A stretch of 63,007 nt of DNA, filler included, from Choristocarpus tenellus KU-1152 (GCA_964200185.2; 8 parts of 8 records of this genome joined end to end with filler, not necessarily neighbours in it); one strand, 5' to 3'; counted from the first letter of the whole stretch, positions 12,879-26,630 are shown. The notes: a model not told the origin generated them from the sequence alone. Made by a program: numbers and translations.

Positions 12879-14587
12879 CTGTTCACACAAGAAAAACAGT
12901 TCTTTTTCTTTGGACATGGAAAATATTTTCATTTCAAATGTTTTTTCCATTAAAAAAAAATTGTAAAGCAATTAGAAAAACACCATCTGCACAATGCAGT
13001 AACATCGTCAAATTACTATTTTCTTTTTAATCAATAAAACAGAAAATACATACATTATGTTTTAGATACTTCATTCCAAGTATTGACAAAAGAATATCAC
13101 CTTCCGAACAGATAAATATAAATAGTAGGGATCATGGATTTTGTTATTGTCAATATTATCATTCTTCAATTGGTCTGATTGTGGATTATACACTTGAAGG
13201 TGCATCAACACACATCTCATTACCCCCTTTAAAAAATGGTTGGGTGTGATGCTGTAGCACAAACATCCATACACAAGTATCCATCTCTTGGCAGGCATCC
13301 ATCTATATATACAATAACCCTCCTATTAATTATGGTACATACAAAGAGAGAGTCTTCTCATTATACATGGCTTGTTCAGGGCAAACCCATCACTTCATGC
13401 AAAATATCATTCTCTATCTCTCTCTGTTGTCATATAAAAGTCTAAATACAAAAAAATATACACTCCCTGTCATAAAACATAAAAAAAATGAACACAACAA
13501 AGTAAATATAACTCCATCGCAATGAAACATAAAAAAGAATCTGAACCAGTGTATGGAATCTCCAGGGAAAAAATTCCAGTATCTGGTGCTAGAAGCAAAC
13601 CTGTTCTGAAACAGGGTAAAAAAATAGAGAGGAGGTACGACTGAGAGATAAACCTAGCAACAATGGTAAGATCGAATTACTTCATACCATCAGTGGTATA
13701 ACTCATACCAATCCTCCCATACACAGGCAGGAACAATCTTAACTTTATGAGGAACACCAACAACCAGGAACAAGCTGCGGCTCCACTCTATGCCCTATCT
13801 GGACAGTCAAAGCAACCTATGCATGCCAAATACTGGTGAAAATTCTTGACTAGGATTTTTGCCAAGGGGCTAACAGGATAACAGTAACCATGCATGGATA
13901 TGAACAAATACAAAACCAAGAGAGGGTGTGTGATTATAACCCACTCTTCAAGAAGAAACAACCCATAAACGTACATGCCAAGCAGTGGCTACTACTCTAT
14001 TTTCAAATAGAAAAAAAAATATCGTTGGATTGTTGTCTACAGGATCAAAACTTAATCGAAAATCAATATATGCCCACACCCGGATATCAACAAAAATTAC
14101 ATAACAACGCACAATGTTTTTTTCTTATTTCTTATTTTGGTACATATTTTTTAAATGTAGAGATGAAAACGAAGAAATAATTCCAAACAATAAAATATTG
14201 CCAAATAAGAAAAACTCAAAACACCAACATTAATACACTTGCCGAGACGCTTGGAGCTAAAACAAGAAATAATAATAATATAGCCAACAATCCACTTGTA
14301 CTACTCTCATCAACACTAAAAATGAAAAACAATGTCAGTGATCTACTCTGGAGTATACAGTACTGCTTGCAACATACACTACTACTACACAAATTTACTT
14401 GTTTGAAACACCTGCATTCATTCCAACACCTACTCTACGAGGGCTCTAGTAAGGAGATGCTTTGAAGTACTGTACACACTAAAGGTTGATACTAGTATAC
14501 ATGAAGCAGTAATTATGACCGTTTCAAGACAATGTGTGTAGAACAGTAAATTAGTGATGGATCGGGACATTGGAACATTCTCGGAAA

Positions 14588-17500
14588 TGTTGCAGTTGGT
14601 GATCTACCAAATTACGGGAAAGTATGATCATGGAAATTAAGAACTAACCCCCCCTTTCAGACAAAATTCACTCTTCACTGTAACTTAATACAGCACATTC
14701 TACATCATTGCCTTCTTCTTGGTGAAGCAGCATACGTTTTGGTAACGTGTGAACACGTTCTAAAATAAAACAATCTTCCGTACAGGGCACTGTGGACCAA
14801 AGGGTACAGCGTGAACTGCTCGATTCAAGAAGGCAGCAGAAGGGAGAGTCAGGGACGTCATGGCATCACTGGGTGACCTAGACATGGCAGCAGAAATATA
14901 GGCAGTCATTCAATCGAGGGTCGAGGTACAGCTAGGGGAACGTGTGTCCTTGGCTGCAACCAAGGTTGTGGAAGCTGTGCTGGCCCAGCAAGGAGGGCAA
15001 TCTGCCATAGGGCGGCTGGAACAACAAGAGCAATCACAACTCCTGCAGAGAAAAAGGGATCCAACGTACAAATTGGAGGTACCCATTTGGAACGGTGAGA
15101 CCAAAGAGTGGATTGCATGGAAAACTCATTTCCACGCTGTTATAGTGGCGACCAGGATATCGCTCGCATTCAGCGGGGAGCTGGACCATCTGCAGGAAGG
15201 AGTAGATTGAGCAAAGCGCAGATGATTGGGATCTACAACAGGGGAAGGATGACCCCTCTTAGTGGTTGTAACGGAATGGCAATGCAGATTGTGATGGAGT
15301 ACATGGACCCAAGAACCGCTATGGACACCTTGTGTGAGAACTACGAACCATGTCACTTGGACGAGAGAGTTCGGGTCCTTGAGGAGTTCCGGTGCATCAG
15401 GCTTGGACCTGGGGAGAAACCACAACCGCATATCTTGAAGGCCCGTTGACTGTGTAAGAGGCTGACTTCATTGGGGCAAATGGTCAGTGATGAACTAAAC
15501 ACAACTATTCCGGAAGGATCACCAGAAGAGCACGAGCTGGAACGTCGAACGTTGTTCATGAGAGCCACTACTTTAACGAGGATAGGGTTGGAACACAGGC
15601 TCACGAACAGGTTTTGTCAATTGAAGAACGAGATACAGCTGTCCATCAGGGAAAACAATGGCAGCTTTGTTGGCCAGGAGGCAGAATGTGGCACCAAAGT
15701 TGATGGAGCGGATAAAATGCTACACCTGTGTCAAGAAGAAGAAGTGACACTACAGCAATAAATGTCCCACCACCAAAGCACAAGGAATGTGGCATCTGTG
15801 GGAAGAAGGGACATTTAGCAGCAACATGCCATGAAAGACGAAGGGGCCCAGGAGATCGTGGTCATACTGCTGGTGGAGGTGCTGGTAATGGTGGGGACAT
15901 TGATGGTACTGATGGAAGCGAGAGAACTCAAGATCGGGCTTCATGTGGTGTGAATGTTGGCAGGAGACACCCACCTGGGGCAGCAGCACTTGTAGTGACC
16001 AACAAGTCAACCTGCTGCATGGGGAGACCACCAGATGCTGAAGAGTGGATTATTGAAACTGGAGCAAGCAGTCACATGACTAATTCTTTTACTGGTGTAC
16101 AAGGGAGGAAGAAAAATAGCAGTGGAGAAAAGGTGGTTGTCGGAGATGGACAGGAACAAGATGCGTCGCTGGATGAGACTGAACGGAGATGGTGCTGACA
16201 TCAGCGGAAGAGGAAGTGGGGTACAGTGTGACCATGAAGAAGGTTGTTCTAGTGCCTACACTACTGTACAACCTATGCTCTGTTTGAACCATCTGTGGAA
16301 TGTCAGGGCAATACAGTATTACCGAGTCTGATGCGTTGACAATTGAAGAAAACAATGGCCGGGCTAGTCTCGTAAGGTCAGTGGTGAATGGTTGCTTCAC
16401 AGGCTACATGTATAGGGTTCTACCACGAGAAACCTCCACTGGATTAGTGGTCACATCAAAAGGTTCGGTTTGACATCAACAAATTTCACCGACGCCTTGG
16501 CGATCCTCGTGAACAGATGACATGAAAAAAACGGCGACAGCCAATGGATTGACCTCATTGGAACTTGGGAACCGTGTTTTGGAAATTCACAGACCAAAGC
16601 TCCCTGCTCTCTAGTGCCACAGAGCAAATAATCCTGGGCCACCAGGAAACTCGAGAGGGTATTCACTGATTTGAGCGGACGTAAGCCAGTGCGTACTGCC
16701 TACTGTAGTCGTTCACAGAAGCATGTCAAATGTTAACACAGGGTGCACCTGCAAATCTGGCGTTTCTGCCATTGTTCGGAGCCATTCCTTGGCCGCCACA
16801 TTTACTTATGCTCTTGTGGACTCTATGCATGCCTTGGGGGCTGCTAACTGTACCATGGTCTTGATCCACAGCTGCACCAAGATGAAATGGATGCGATTCA
16901 TGCACAAAAAGAAGGTGCGGCAGATACATTGGTGGATTTCATCTCGAACATGACTGCACCGAGAGGAATGCAGATTGGGTGCATTCGGAGTGTCGAGGGA
17001 GGAGAATTTGTGAGTGCAGTTTTCCAAGCAGTGATGAGGAAGCACGGCATCCATTGTGGGGAATTTACAGGTGCTTTTACCCCGGAGCATAATGGCGTAG
17101 CAGGAAGAGTGTAGGCCAGATTGCTTAGAAAGCAATGGCGATGATGGTTTGTACAGGACTTCAAGGCTGACTCAATTTGAGAGCTGAAGCTCAGAATCAT
17201 GCTTGTGATCTAAGCAATACATGTGTCACTCGGACCAATGAGGATTGGATCTCTCCATACAAGCTCTGGCATGGTGAACCAGGTAAGGTACAAGACTTGC
17301 TAAGCTTTTGGTACTGCAGGATGAACGAGGGTGGAAAAACGGAAACACAAACTGGATGTGCGAGGATCCAAGTGCTTGTCGATGGGGTTGGCTGTGCATC
17401 ACCCAAGCAGTTCTTGGCGAGTTTTACATCAAACCTCGATCCATGTGTTGATTCATCAATCTGTTGCACGTGACTCGCTTCCCCCGTCGATGTGTTTCCC

Positions 17501-17945
17501 ACTAGTCTGCTGACGGTATGTACGACATGCATTACCCCAAAACATCGCTTGATGCGCTAGGACGGGTAGATGAAGAGGCTGTTGTGCGGAAAGGAATCTT
17601 GCTAATCTGCACAGCAGGGGAAAATGGGGTCTTGCAATATGTCACTAATTCGAACGCTGCACAAGCTCATATATTTTCTACCAATGCCCACATCGATCAC
17701 ATCAGAATCTCAATGTTCAAAGAGGCCTCAACACAGGGCCGTCAGGAGAGGGGACCAAGGCATGTCAGATGAAGCACTAGTCAAATTGGCGAAGACCCTA
17801 GTTGCACAAGAAGTGGTCCATGATGCCGTGAAGATGCTCATGGTGTTTCCCGATGGAATGGCCAATACACTTCCACCTGAGCCTCGATCCTGTCGCGAAG
17901 CTGTGCAGTCTCAAGAAGTTCTTTGGTTATCTCGAAGCCTTGATT
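14588..17945 (+). mobile_element. Degenerate Ty1/copia LTR retrotransposon, truncated before reverse transcriptase
   Basis: Domain order: gag (from ~14859), CCHC knuckle CGICGKKGHLAATC (~15790), protease WIIETGASSHMT (~16045), integrase motifs LERVFTDLSG (~16650), IRSVEGGEF (~16985) and TPEHNGVAGRV (~17080), then EPRSCREAV (~17880) preceding RT. Many stops and frameshifts. The TG...CA stretch at 14588-14784 is only a tentative 5' LTR. Confidence 0.88.
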
Positions 17946-18295
17946 GATCCTCAGCAAACACATCATACATCCCGTGTAATATGGCATCCACATCAAACAG
18001 AGCCATCACACCATTATCACAAAATGATTATTCATCTACATATATTCTTGTCATTTGGAAGTATTATTGTATACCGCAGAGCATTTCAATACTGCAGTTG
18101 TTGTCTTATGAATACGAAATATACCTACTTCAAAGTATCATCAATAATAACAATAATAAAGCACACCTCTTTGTACTGAAAAACTCCCCTTCGAATGTGC
18201 ATTGTGCTGAAGCCAGCAGTTGCAGTCTCCCCTTCCCATCCTGCCCCTCCCCAACCCGCCAGCCCTAACCCTTCAACTTCTCGTCCAACTCCCCC

Positions 18296-18395
18296 NNNNN
18301 NNNNNNNNNNNNNNNNNNNNNNNNNNNNNNNNNNNNNNNTTAATTAATTAANNNNNNNNNNNNNNNNNNNNNNNNNNNNNNNNNNNNNNNNNNNN
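18296..18395. other. Artificial contig linker (44N-TTAATTAATTAA-44N), repeated at 25345-25444, 31464-31563, 38857-38956, 52025-52124, 56734-56833 and 59976-60075
   Basis: Identical 100-nt structure with stops in all six frames. Separate 10-N scaffold gaps occur at 32032-32041 and 58853-58862. Confidence 0.98.
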
Positions 18396-20597
18396 AATGG
18401 ACACCCTGGTGTAGACCCACCCCCCCTCCCAGATACTTTGGGTCGAAGGTGTGACGTCGAAGATATTAGTAGTTATCGCCACATGGGCAACAGTGGATCC
18501 CCTTTCCTTCCACCTGTACTCCATTTTTGGTTAACTTTTCGAGGGGATGGTTTGTTCAGAATATGATTTGTATTGGGACTGTCTGGTAGAACCAAACTGT
18601 GATGCCTTGAACACAACATTCAATTTCCTGTTTGGTCACTTTCAAGGTAATAGATACGGATAGACCCTGCACGCACCTACGCAACATCTACATTTTGGCT
18701 CATCACCATTTTTTTCCCAGACAGCTACAGCCCCCCGCTATGCCATTCCTATTTGGTGCAGCTGAAGATTGTGTCTGCTACGTGGCGAAGTTCTTCCTTT
18801 TTATACTCAGGCAGAGACCACACAGTCCCCCTATACACACACACCCTGCTGCTGCTTGAGCACCATTATCTCTTAGTAACAACTTTTCTCCATCTCTTAT
18901 GCCCCCACCACGCAGTTTTACGTAGACACTCAACCCCCACCGTTTCTTTCCTCCTGGGATAGATGGATGACATAAAACTAGGAACGCACACACCTTCATT
19001 AGTATCATTCGTAAAATATGCCCAAAATCATCGTCTTACAAATACAAACACCTCAGTAGATACATGTCTAACAGGTACAATTTGGGTCACACTTTAGGGG
19101 ACCTGATTGTCGATAATGACATTAAAACAATTTCTAGAGTTTGACGACATGGAAAAAATTGAAAATTCAAGAGCTTCGTATTTTTGGGGGGAGGGTGAAC
19201 TTCCTGGGTATTGAGGTAAACCTTGGTACAAGCAGAACATGTATTAATACTCGCTATTGCGACCTTTTGATCCAGAATATGGAGTCGAGGGTCACGGCTA
19301 CAACTGAGTACCTCAAGGGGGAAATGCTTGGAAGTGATGGGCTAAGATGATACACCAAAACACTGTTGTGTGGGTGGATGATGGAATGATCAGAACAAGG
19401 CAGTAGAAGTCCGAGTGGAACATGTGATGTAGTTCAGGAGAATGGTGCAGACATGTACTACTTGTGCAGTTTATCCAAGCCGTATGTAACTGATATATCT
19501 ACGCAAGAAACTTCAAAATGATGCCGCCCAAGTCAGCGTCGGTATATGATCAATATTGGGCAATTATTTGGCAGGTGAAATGGTCAGATATCAATTTTGG
19601 ATCCATACAACACACTTGCTGACACACCTGCAAAACACTTGAAAACGTTGTCCCTCAACCCACCATCGGCATCTTTTGGATACTGTGCAGATGCTGGGGG
19701 GAAACTCGGGCAGACATCAGTTAATTATCCACCCAAGCCAAGTGCAAGTGGCACTTACGAAAAATAGTGCAAAATGTTGCTGCTCAAGTAGCCATAGGTA
19801 TCTTACAGATATGGGGCAGTTATCAGGCGGGTAGAAAAGTCCAGACATCGGTTTCGGATCTATCAAAGTCTAGAGTAACTGATATTTATGCCCCACAACA
19901 CTTACAAAATGATGATGCTCAAGCCTGTGTTATATTGGTAGCTTATGGATATGGGGCAGTTTTGGTCAGGTGAAATGGTCAGACATCAGTACTCGATCCA
20001 TACAAGCAATGTGTTCCTGGTATCTATACCAAAACTTCAAAATGCTACCGGTCAAGTCACCATAGATATATGATGAGTATGAACATTGGATATAGATATC
20101 CGTTTTGGATCAATCCAAGTCACGTGTGAATGACGTGTATGCTAAGTAACTTCAAAATTTTGTCGCTCAAGTCGGCATTGGTATCTTATGGATAACGGGC
20201 AGTTCTTGGATGGTTGAAAGAGTAAAAAAAATTAGAGCCGTCAACCCGATGTGTAACTAATACCTATGATAATTGCTTTAAATATTTGCCACCCAATTCA
20301 CCATCGCTTTCATATGAATATTGGAATTTTCTGGGTTGATGAAACTGTCAAAGAACAGTTTTGGATCCATTCAAGCAATAGGTTTCTGATACTTAAGATA
20401 AATACCTCAAAACTTTGTCACTCAAGTCACCATTGATATCTTATGGATATGGTGCAGCTAAAAAAGTCAATAATCCGTTTTGGATCCATCCAAGTAGTAT
20501 GTAACTGATACTTACGATATCAACTATGATCCAGGTGAAACAATGAAACAACAGTTTGGGATCTATCTAAACAATGTGCAACTGATAGTTACGAAAA

Positions 20598-20779
20598 TAC
20601 TCAAAGTATCTGGCGGGGGGGGGGGGGGGGGTTACACCAGCGTGTCCATTTGAACCAAAAACAGGAAAAGTGCACTTTCATTATCCATTCAATGTATGGA
20701 ATCAAATCACCCGAAAATCGCGACATGAAAAATTACCCCCAAATGGACAGCCGCCACCCCTCCCCAGATAATTTGAGCC
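20598..20779. mobile_element. MITE family A inserted in the satellite
   Basis: Same TIR and core as 1454-1632, TSD aaa/aaa. Confidence 0.85.
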
Positions 20780-20898
20780 AAACTACCTGAAAAGATTACC
20801 GCTCAAGTCCCATTAGTATCGTATGGGTACGGGGCGATCATGGAGTGGATTAAGCGATTGAACAACAGTTCGAATGTATCCAAGCAGTGTGCAACTGA

Positions 20899-21155
20899 GA
20901 CCCAACGAATTTAAGAGGGTAGGAACACGTTTATTTGGGGTCATAAATCCAATGTTGCGATTTTGATGAGTTTTGGCCATCGTGGTCGTTAGCAAGTGTC
21001 AATATTCTTGCTCCAGACAAACCTTTCATAGTCTTACACATTTTAGGTACTTGTGTCACACAGAAAACCGAAAAAGGGCTTAAAAAACCCGTTGGAGGTC
21101 AAACCCCGAACGGACAAACAGGGCAGAACTCCTACCCTCTTAAATGCTTTGACTT
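20899..21155. mobile_element. MITE family B (~260 bp) inserted in the satellite
   Basis: Diverged TIR ...agagggtag/...ctaccctct, with the family B core ggacaaacagggcagaa. Confidence 0.75.
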
Positions 21156-21594
21156 TGGTACATACGATAAGTACAAAAGGGATACTGATCAAGATCCCAC
21201 TGGTATCTTACCTGTATGGGTAGTTTCTAGGTTGGTGAAACAGTCCAAGAACAGTTTTGGATCTATCCAAGGAATGTCTAACTCATAGTTATGAAAATAC
21301 CTCAAAACATTGCTGGTCAAGTTCCCATTAGCATCGTATGTGCATGGGGCAGGTATTGGGTGTGTGAACAGGTCAAACAACAGTTCCGTATCCAAGCATT
21401 GTGTACCTGATACCTACAATAAATACTTCAAAATACTGCTCCTCCAGTCCCCATTGGTATCTTACCTGTATGGGGCAGTAATCGCGCGGGTAAAATAATC
21501 GAAGAACAGTTCTATATTCATTCAAGCGATGTGCAACTGATATTTATGATTAATTCAACAATATTGCTGCTCAACTTCCCATTGGTATCGTATG

Positions 21595-21853
21595 GAGTGA
21601 AAGTATCTTAGAGGGTACAAGTTTTACCCTGTTTGTCCATTTGGGACTTGGCTTCCCAGGAGTACTATTATGACATTTTCCTACTCCAATTGTTTTTGGA
21701 GTAGGTGAAATGTATGCGTTATGAAAAGGTGTGACCAGAACATGGACATTGACACTTCCAAACAAACACGATATCCAAAATTGCATGAAAAATCGCAACA
21801 ATGGATTTTGACCCTCAAACGGACGCAACTCTACCCTCTAGATGCTTTGGCCC
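21595..21853. mobile_element. MITE family B inserted in the satellite
   Basis: gagtgaaagtatcttagagggtac...ctaccctctagatgctttggccc, TSD atg/atg. The satellite unit resumes directly afterwards. Confidence 0.9.
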
Positions 21854-23099
21854 ATGGGTATGGGGCAGATACTGAGTGTACGAAGCGGTCAAACAACAGA
21901 TCTATATCCATCCAAGCATTGTGTAATTGATACCTACGGTAATTTATTCAAAATGTTCCCACTCAAGTTCCCAAAGGTATCTTACGTATATGGGGTAGTT
22001 CATGGGTGGATGAAACAGTCCAACAAGTGTTTTAGATCAATCCAAACAACGTGCAACTGATATTTTAATACTTCGAAGTATATTTTCTTCAATATGTTAC
22101 TGGTCAAGTCATCATTGACGTCTTCTGGGTATGGGGCAGGTACTGGATGTGTGAAATGGTCAAAGAACAGTTTTGTATCCGTCCAAGCAATGAGTAACGG
22201 GTATTTACGATAACTACTTCAAAATGTTGTCGCTAAAGTCAACATTGATATCTTATGGGTATGGGGCAGTTATTGCGTGGGGGAAACGGTCAACAAAATC
22301 TTCACATCCATCAACGCTACGTCTAACTGAAAATTATGATATGTAGTTCAAAACATTGCCACTCAAGTCACCATTGTTATCTTTTGGTTATGATGCAGGT
22401 GATACGGTCAAATAACAATTTCAGATCTATCCAAGCAATGTGCAACTGATACTTAGGATGGATTCTTCAAAATGCTGCCGTTTATAAATCATTTTTATCT
22501 ATTGGATATGGTCCAGGTGATACGATCAAAAAACAGCTTTGGATCAATCCAAGAAATGTGTAACTGATACATATGATAAACACCACGAATTGTTGCCGTT
22601 AATGGATGTGTGAAACAGTCAAGCAACAGTTTTAGACCCATCGATGCAATGTGTATCTATTTACGTTAATAATTCAAAAGGTTGACACTCAAGTCACCAT
22701 TAGAACCTAAGCGTTATTTCTCTTTTTTTTCTGAGTATTATAGCTTTCAGACATAACTGTATGAGAAGCAGGAGGTTATTTTATCTGGGTATACCCCAGA
22801 GCCTTGTGGTACCCTTTTTTGTCCTTGTAAGTTGTTGGTATAGAGTTCTTCAATCCATATTTTGGTATTGCGACGATTTGTTGTAGTAGCTAAAATACAT
22901 AAAGGGTGTGACCAAGACACCTACGATAATATTAAGGACCTGATATGAATACGAGACTGTTGAGTCAATTTCTACCATAGACGTAATTTCATTCGGGGAA
23001 AATATATTCTAGTGTGATCTCCCACATTTTTACCCTTCTCCAACCTGTTCCCACATTATTCTTTTTTCACCTTAGGACATTTATAGCAGTGAACAGTGA

Positions 23100-25250
23100 G
23101 ATCATACTGGTACTTGGTGTAGCAAACCGGGAAGAGAGGGACCAGGAGTTAAGCAACCTATTTTCCCTCCATCTCAAATAAGGTGGATGTTTAACACTTG
23201 TTAGCCTGACCTTTCAATCACTCGGCTATGTGTGCTTGAATATATTCAACTCTCCCTACCGGAGCCCCCAGTGTGACAAAACCATTTGAGTCGAGCCAGG
23301 TTGATTCCTGCGGCAGGTAGGAGTTCCAGTTCCGAGGGCATGTGCTGGTGGCCCACAGGTGGTGCGACATAGGTCTTACCCATGCTTAGAACTGTGCCCA
23401 CCTTCTACAGGTTCTTTTTCTGCTGATCAAATGCAGCTATAGAGGTGGAATTAATCTCCCTTGTGGCTATAGATGTGATGTGTCACCCAGGGAGGTTCGG
23501 GAGGAAACCCTCCGGGGTCCCAAGGTGAACTGAACTTCCTAGAGAGCTTTGGCTGCGACAATACATTGGAGCAGGGGGCAGGGGGAGCTCCTTGTTGTAC
23601 CCATCCTTGAGGAAATCATTTTCATATCTCCCTCATCTCGTGGGAAAAGAAGATTACAAGCCCCCCCATATATCTTGGCTATATATGGCAGGATTCCTGG
23701 TAGGATCTCTGGGAGGGTTTCAATGATAGCCGAGCAGCATATGCTGTGGAAGTTGTTTCGGCCATTTAGACTAATAACCCGTCCTCTTGTTCTTTAGGTC
23801 AATGTCCAGCAGAGCACGCTCTACCCCATTTTGAACCCCCACTTCAAACTAGCCCATACCTCCAAAATGTTCCTTGAGGTGGAGGTGAAAGTCCGCACAA
23901 GATGCTGAAGCACATGCCCTCATGAAGAAATTGCCGCAGGCAAATGGGCAGTTCTTCTCCCCAATTGCTGACAGTCTGAAAGTCGCGTGGAGCTTCCAAA
24001 ATTTAGATAATGAAGGTGTAGGCAACCTCCCACAGCTAGCAAATTTTGCTACCGTCTCGTAGCCAACATCTGTCATAATGGCTGACTGGATTTGTCTGAG
24101 GCACATACCATTGAGACCAGGTGCAGAGTTTCTGTTTGTTCGCATGAAAGTCATCTGATAGGAGGTGGGTGTATACTACTCCTCTCTCGGGTGGCAGTAT
24201 CATTGTTCTACAAACCCTGTTGCCGTTGCTAATTTGTCCTTAGCTTTCACTACAGCTCGCCTTAGCTCTTGCAGGTTCTCATGGGGGTGCTTGGGAACCA
24301 GTACCCAGAAGTTCACGTCCTCCCCGGAATCTCTGAGCTGTGCTAGGAGAACCCTCGCCCCCTTGGAGATATATCGATGGCGTTAACTGAGTACTACAGA
24401 CGGTTCCTGTCAGGATTTGGGATCTTTTCCACGGGGCTCCCAGCGTCAGTTGATCCACTGGGACCGTTCCAGTAGCCAGTGGATAGTTCCTGAGTTTTCA
24501 CTGAAGATAGACAGGTGACGCGTTCCTCCCTGGGACTTTCCATCTTGGCAAGTAAAGGCACGAGACCAAACGAAGGAGGTTGGAACTTTAACAGCCCCTA
24601 ACGAAGGGATCCCTCCCTCTAGCCCTGGGGCGATGCCTTCATGCATCAGAAGGTCCATTGTATGCATGGGGGCGATTGCATTTGTGGTGAGAAGCTTGCC
24701 AAGGACCTCCTTGACCGTGGTGATGTTCATCGGTTCCAGGATCTCCATCTGGACATGGTCAAAGGAAGAAACAATAATTGGGGTATGAACGAACCCCTTA
24801 CAGCAGGTGTGACTGTGGGGATAGGTGGCCTGGATTCACTGAGGGGTGGGGAGGGGTGAGTCAGAGAGGGGGAGTGGAGACAAGGGCAGGAAATGGCGAT
24901 CCCGCTGCAGAGGGTAGGCTGGGGCGAGGTGGGATGGGGAGAGGGAGAAAGGTGGGAGAGGTTTTCCAGCAAGGGAGGCATTGCAGCTATGAACTGTCCA
25001 CTTGCCAATTTCAGCCACTCAGAGCGAGTATATTTCCACGAATATTCTTGGCCGTGGGAGGGTATGTATGCTGCCCTGTAAGAGTATCCTTCCTCCCTGG
25101 GGGAGGAAACCTGGTCAATCCCAGCATTATCCCCCCACATAATTCCTGAGAGGGCTTTGGTGAAGCACAAAAGCATGGTGCCCCTATCCTGGTGGCCATT
25201 GGAAAAGAAGGACAGTGTTGTGTGGGAAGCCGGCGGTGTGAAAAAAGAGG
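23100..25250 (-). mobile_element. Degenerate non-LTR retrotransposon fragment (CRE/RLE-like reverse transcriptase region)
   Basis: Minus-strand remnants ISKGARVLL...KHP (~24360-24290), NSAPGLNG (~24120) and LSAIGEKNCPFACGNFFMR (~23975-23920) resemble the APG.DG and RPIA.G motifs at the N-terminal part of non-LTR RTs. Intronless, GC-richer, broken by stops and frameshifts. Boundaries approximate and clade call tentative. Confidence 0.6.
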
Positions 25251-25510
25251 GAACAAAGGGTCAAAGTATCTGGGGGGGGGGGGTGTCCACTTTGGTTTTT
25301 GTGTTATATCTCGGGGGCTGAGAGTAGTGATGGATTGGGGTTTCNNNNNNNNNNNNNNNNNNNNNNNNNNNNNNNNNNNNNNNNNNNNTTAATTAATTAA
25401 NNNNNNNNNNNNNNNNNNNNNNNNNNNNNNNNNNNNNNNNNNNNTGGAAGAAAAATAACCGCCTTCGACGGACTTGGTTTTTGCAAAATGTGGCGTTTGT
25501 TTTCCTAAAA

Positions 25511-25690
25511 GCCCCGAAGTTTTTGGGGGGGGGGGGGAGGTCTGCACCAGGGTGTCCATTTGGGTCAGAACAAGGAAATGTTCACTTACATTATCCATCT
25601 GACGTACGCAACCTAATCACCAAAAAATCGCAAGATGAAAAAATTGCCCCCAAGTGGACAGCCGCCACCCCCTCCCAGATACTTTGAGCA
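25511..25690. mobile_element. MITE family A
   Basis: Same core (acaccagggtgtccatttgg...ggacagccgccaccc), TSD aaa/aaa. Confidence 0.8.
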
Positions 25691-25833
25691 AAAAGATTAT
25701 CCCCTGCTCCCTCGCCTGTAAAAAAGTGCAAGAAGTAAGAGCTAGTTGAGTAAGGCAAAACCATAATGTGCAGGCAGAAGAGACACGAAAAATGTCTTGA
25801 GTAGGCAGCTTTGGCAGGACTGTGGTAGTCAAT

Positions 25834-26091
25834 GAGTCATAGTATCTTGGAGGGTGGAGCCGTGTCCGTTTGGGGGTGAAAATCCAATGTTGCGATTTTG
25901 ATATAATTTTGACTACCTGTTTGTTAGGAAGTGTCAATATTCTTGTTCTGTACACACTTTGTCATTATGTATACATTTTACCTACTCCAAAACATTTTGG
26001 AATAGGAAAATGTAATTAAAAAAAACGTGGGAAGCCAAGCCCCAAACGGACAAACAGGGCAGAAGTTGTACCCTCTAAGATACTATCACTC
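25834..26091. mobile_element. MITE family B
   Basis: gagtcatagtatcttggagggt...gtaccctctaagatactatcactc. Confidence 0.88.
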
Positions 26092-26596
26092 ATGGCATAG
26101 GTGGAGCCATAGCGCCTTCTCTTTCGCTGACACTCTACGTTCATCTCTGGTCTTAACTTATGTATATTTTACCGTGAGATTGTTTTTAACAAATCTGACC
26201 TGTGGGGTTACCCTGGCAGGTACGGTGTACCAGGGAGTGCGGCTGGGGCCTTTGAGAGGTGCATGGCAAAGTGTCTTGAGAAGAAGATGGCCAGTGTTCC
26301 CGATTTCCTCTACCACTTGACCAAAATGCTTTCCCCAATGAGATTGAAACAGGAAAAGGTAATACACTCCCTTCCCCCGAAATTTGACCTCTAACCCACA
26401 AGAACTAAACACCCTTGCCATCCACCGGCCCCCAGATACGTGGCTCAGCCTATATTCAACTTCTGCTGTATTGTACTCTGTCATTGCACCTCCCATATCT
26501 TAATACTTCCCATGTCTATCCTCTTAGATATTCCCAAGCCTGACAGGCCCATTTTACCCTCTTTTCCAACAACATCGAAGAAATATACTTCAGAGT

Positions 26597-26630
<34 letters not shown>

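Larger units (their letters stand above)
19460..22706. repeat. Degenerate tandem array (satellite), ~127-bp unit, about 20 units, interrupted by three MITEs
   Basis: Recurrent unit approx. caagtcaccattggtatcttatggatatggggcagt...gtgaaacggtcaaacaacagttttggatccatccaagcaatgtgtaactgatacttacgataaatacttcaaaatgttgccgct. Unit starts near 20169, 20294, 20423, 21190, 21318, 21445, 21572, 22235 and 22364, mostly 125-129 bp apart. Confidence 0.9.

Noticed and set aside
19460-22706. CRISPR-like array or coding repeat protein
   Set aside because: The whole unit is homologous between copies with no unique spacers, no cas genes are present, and the ~127-bp period breaks frame with frequent stops.
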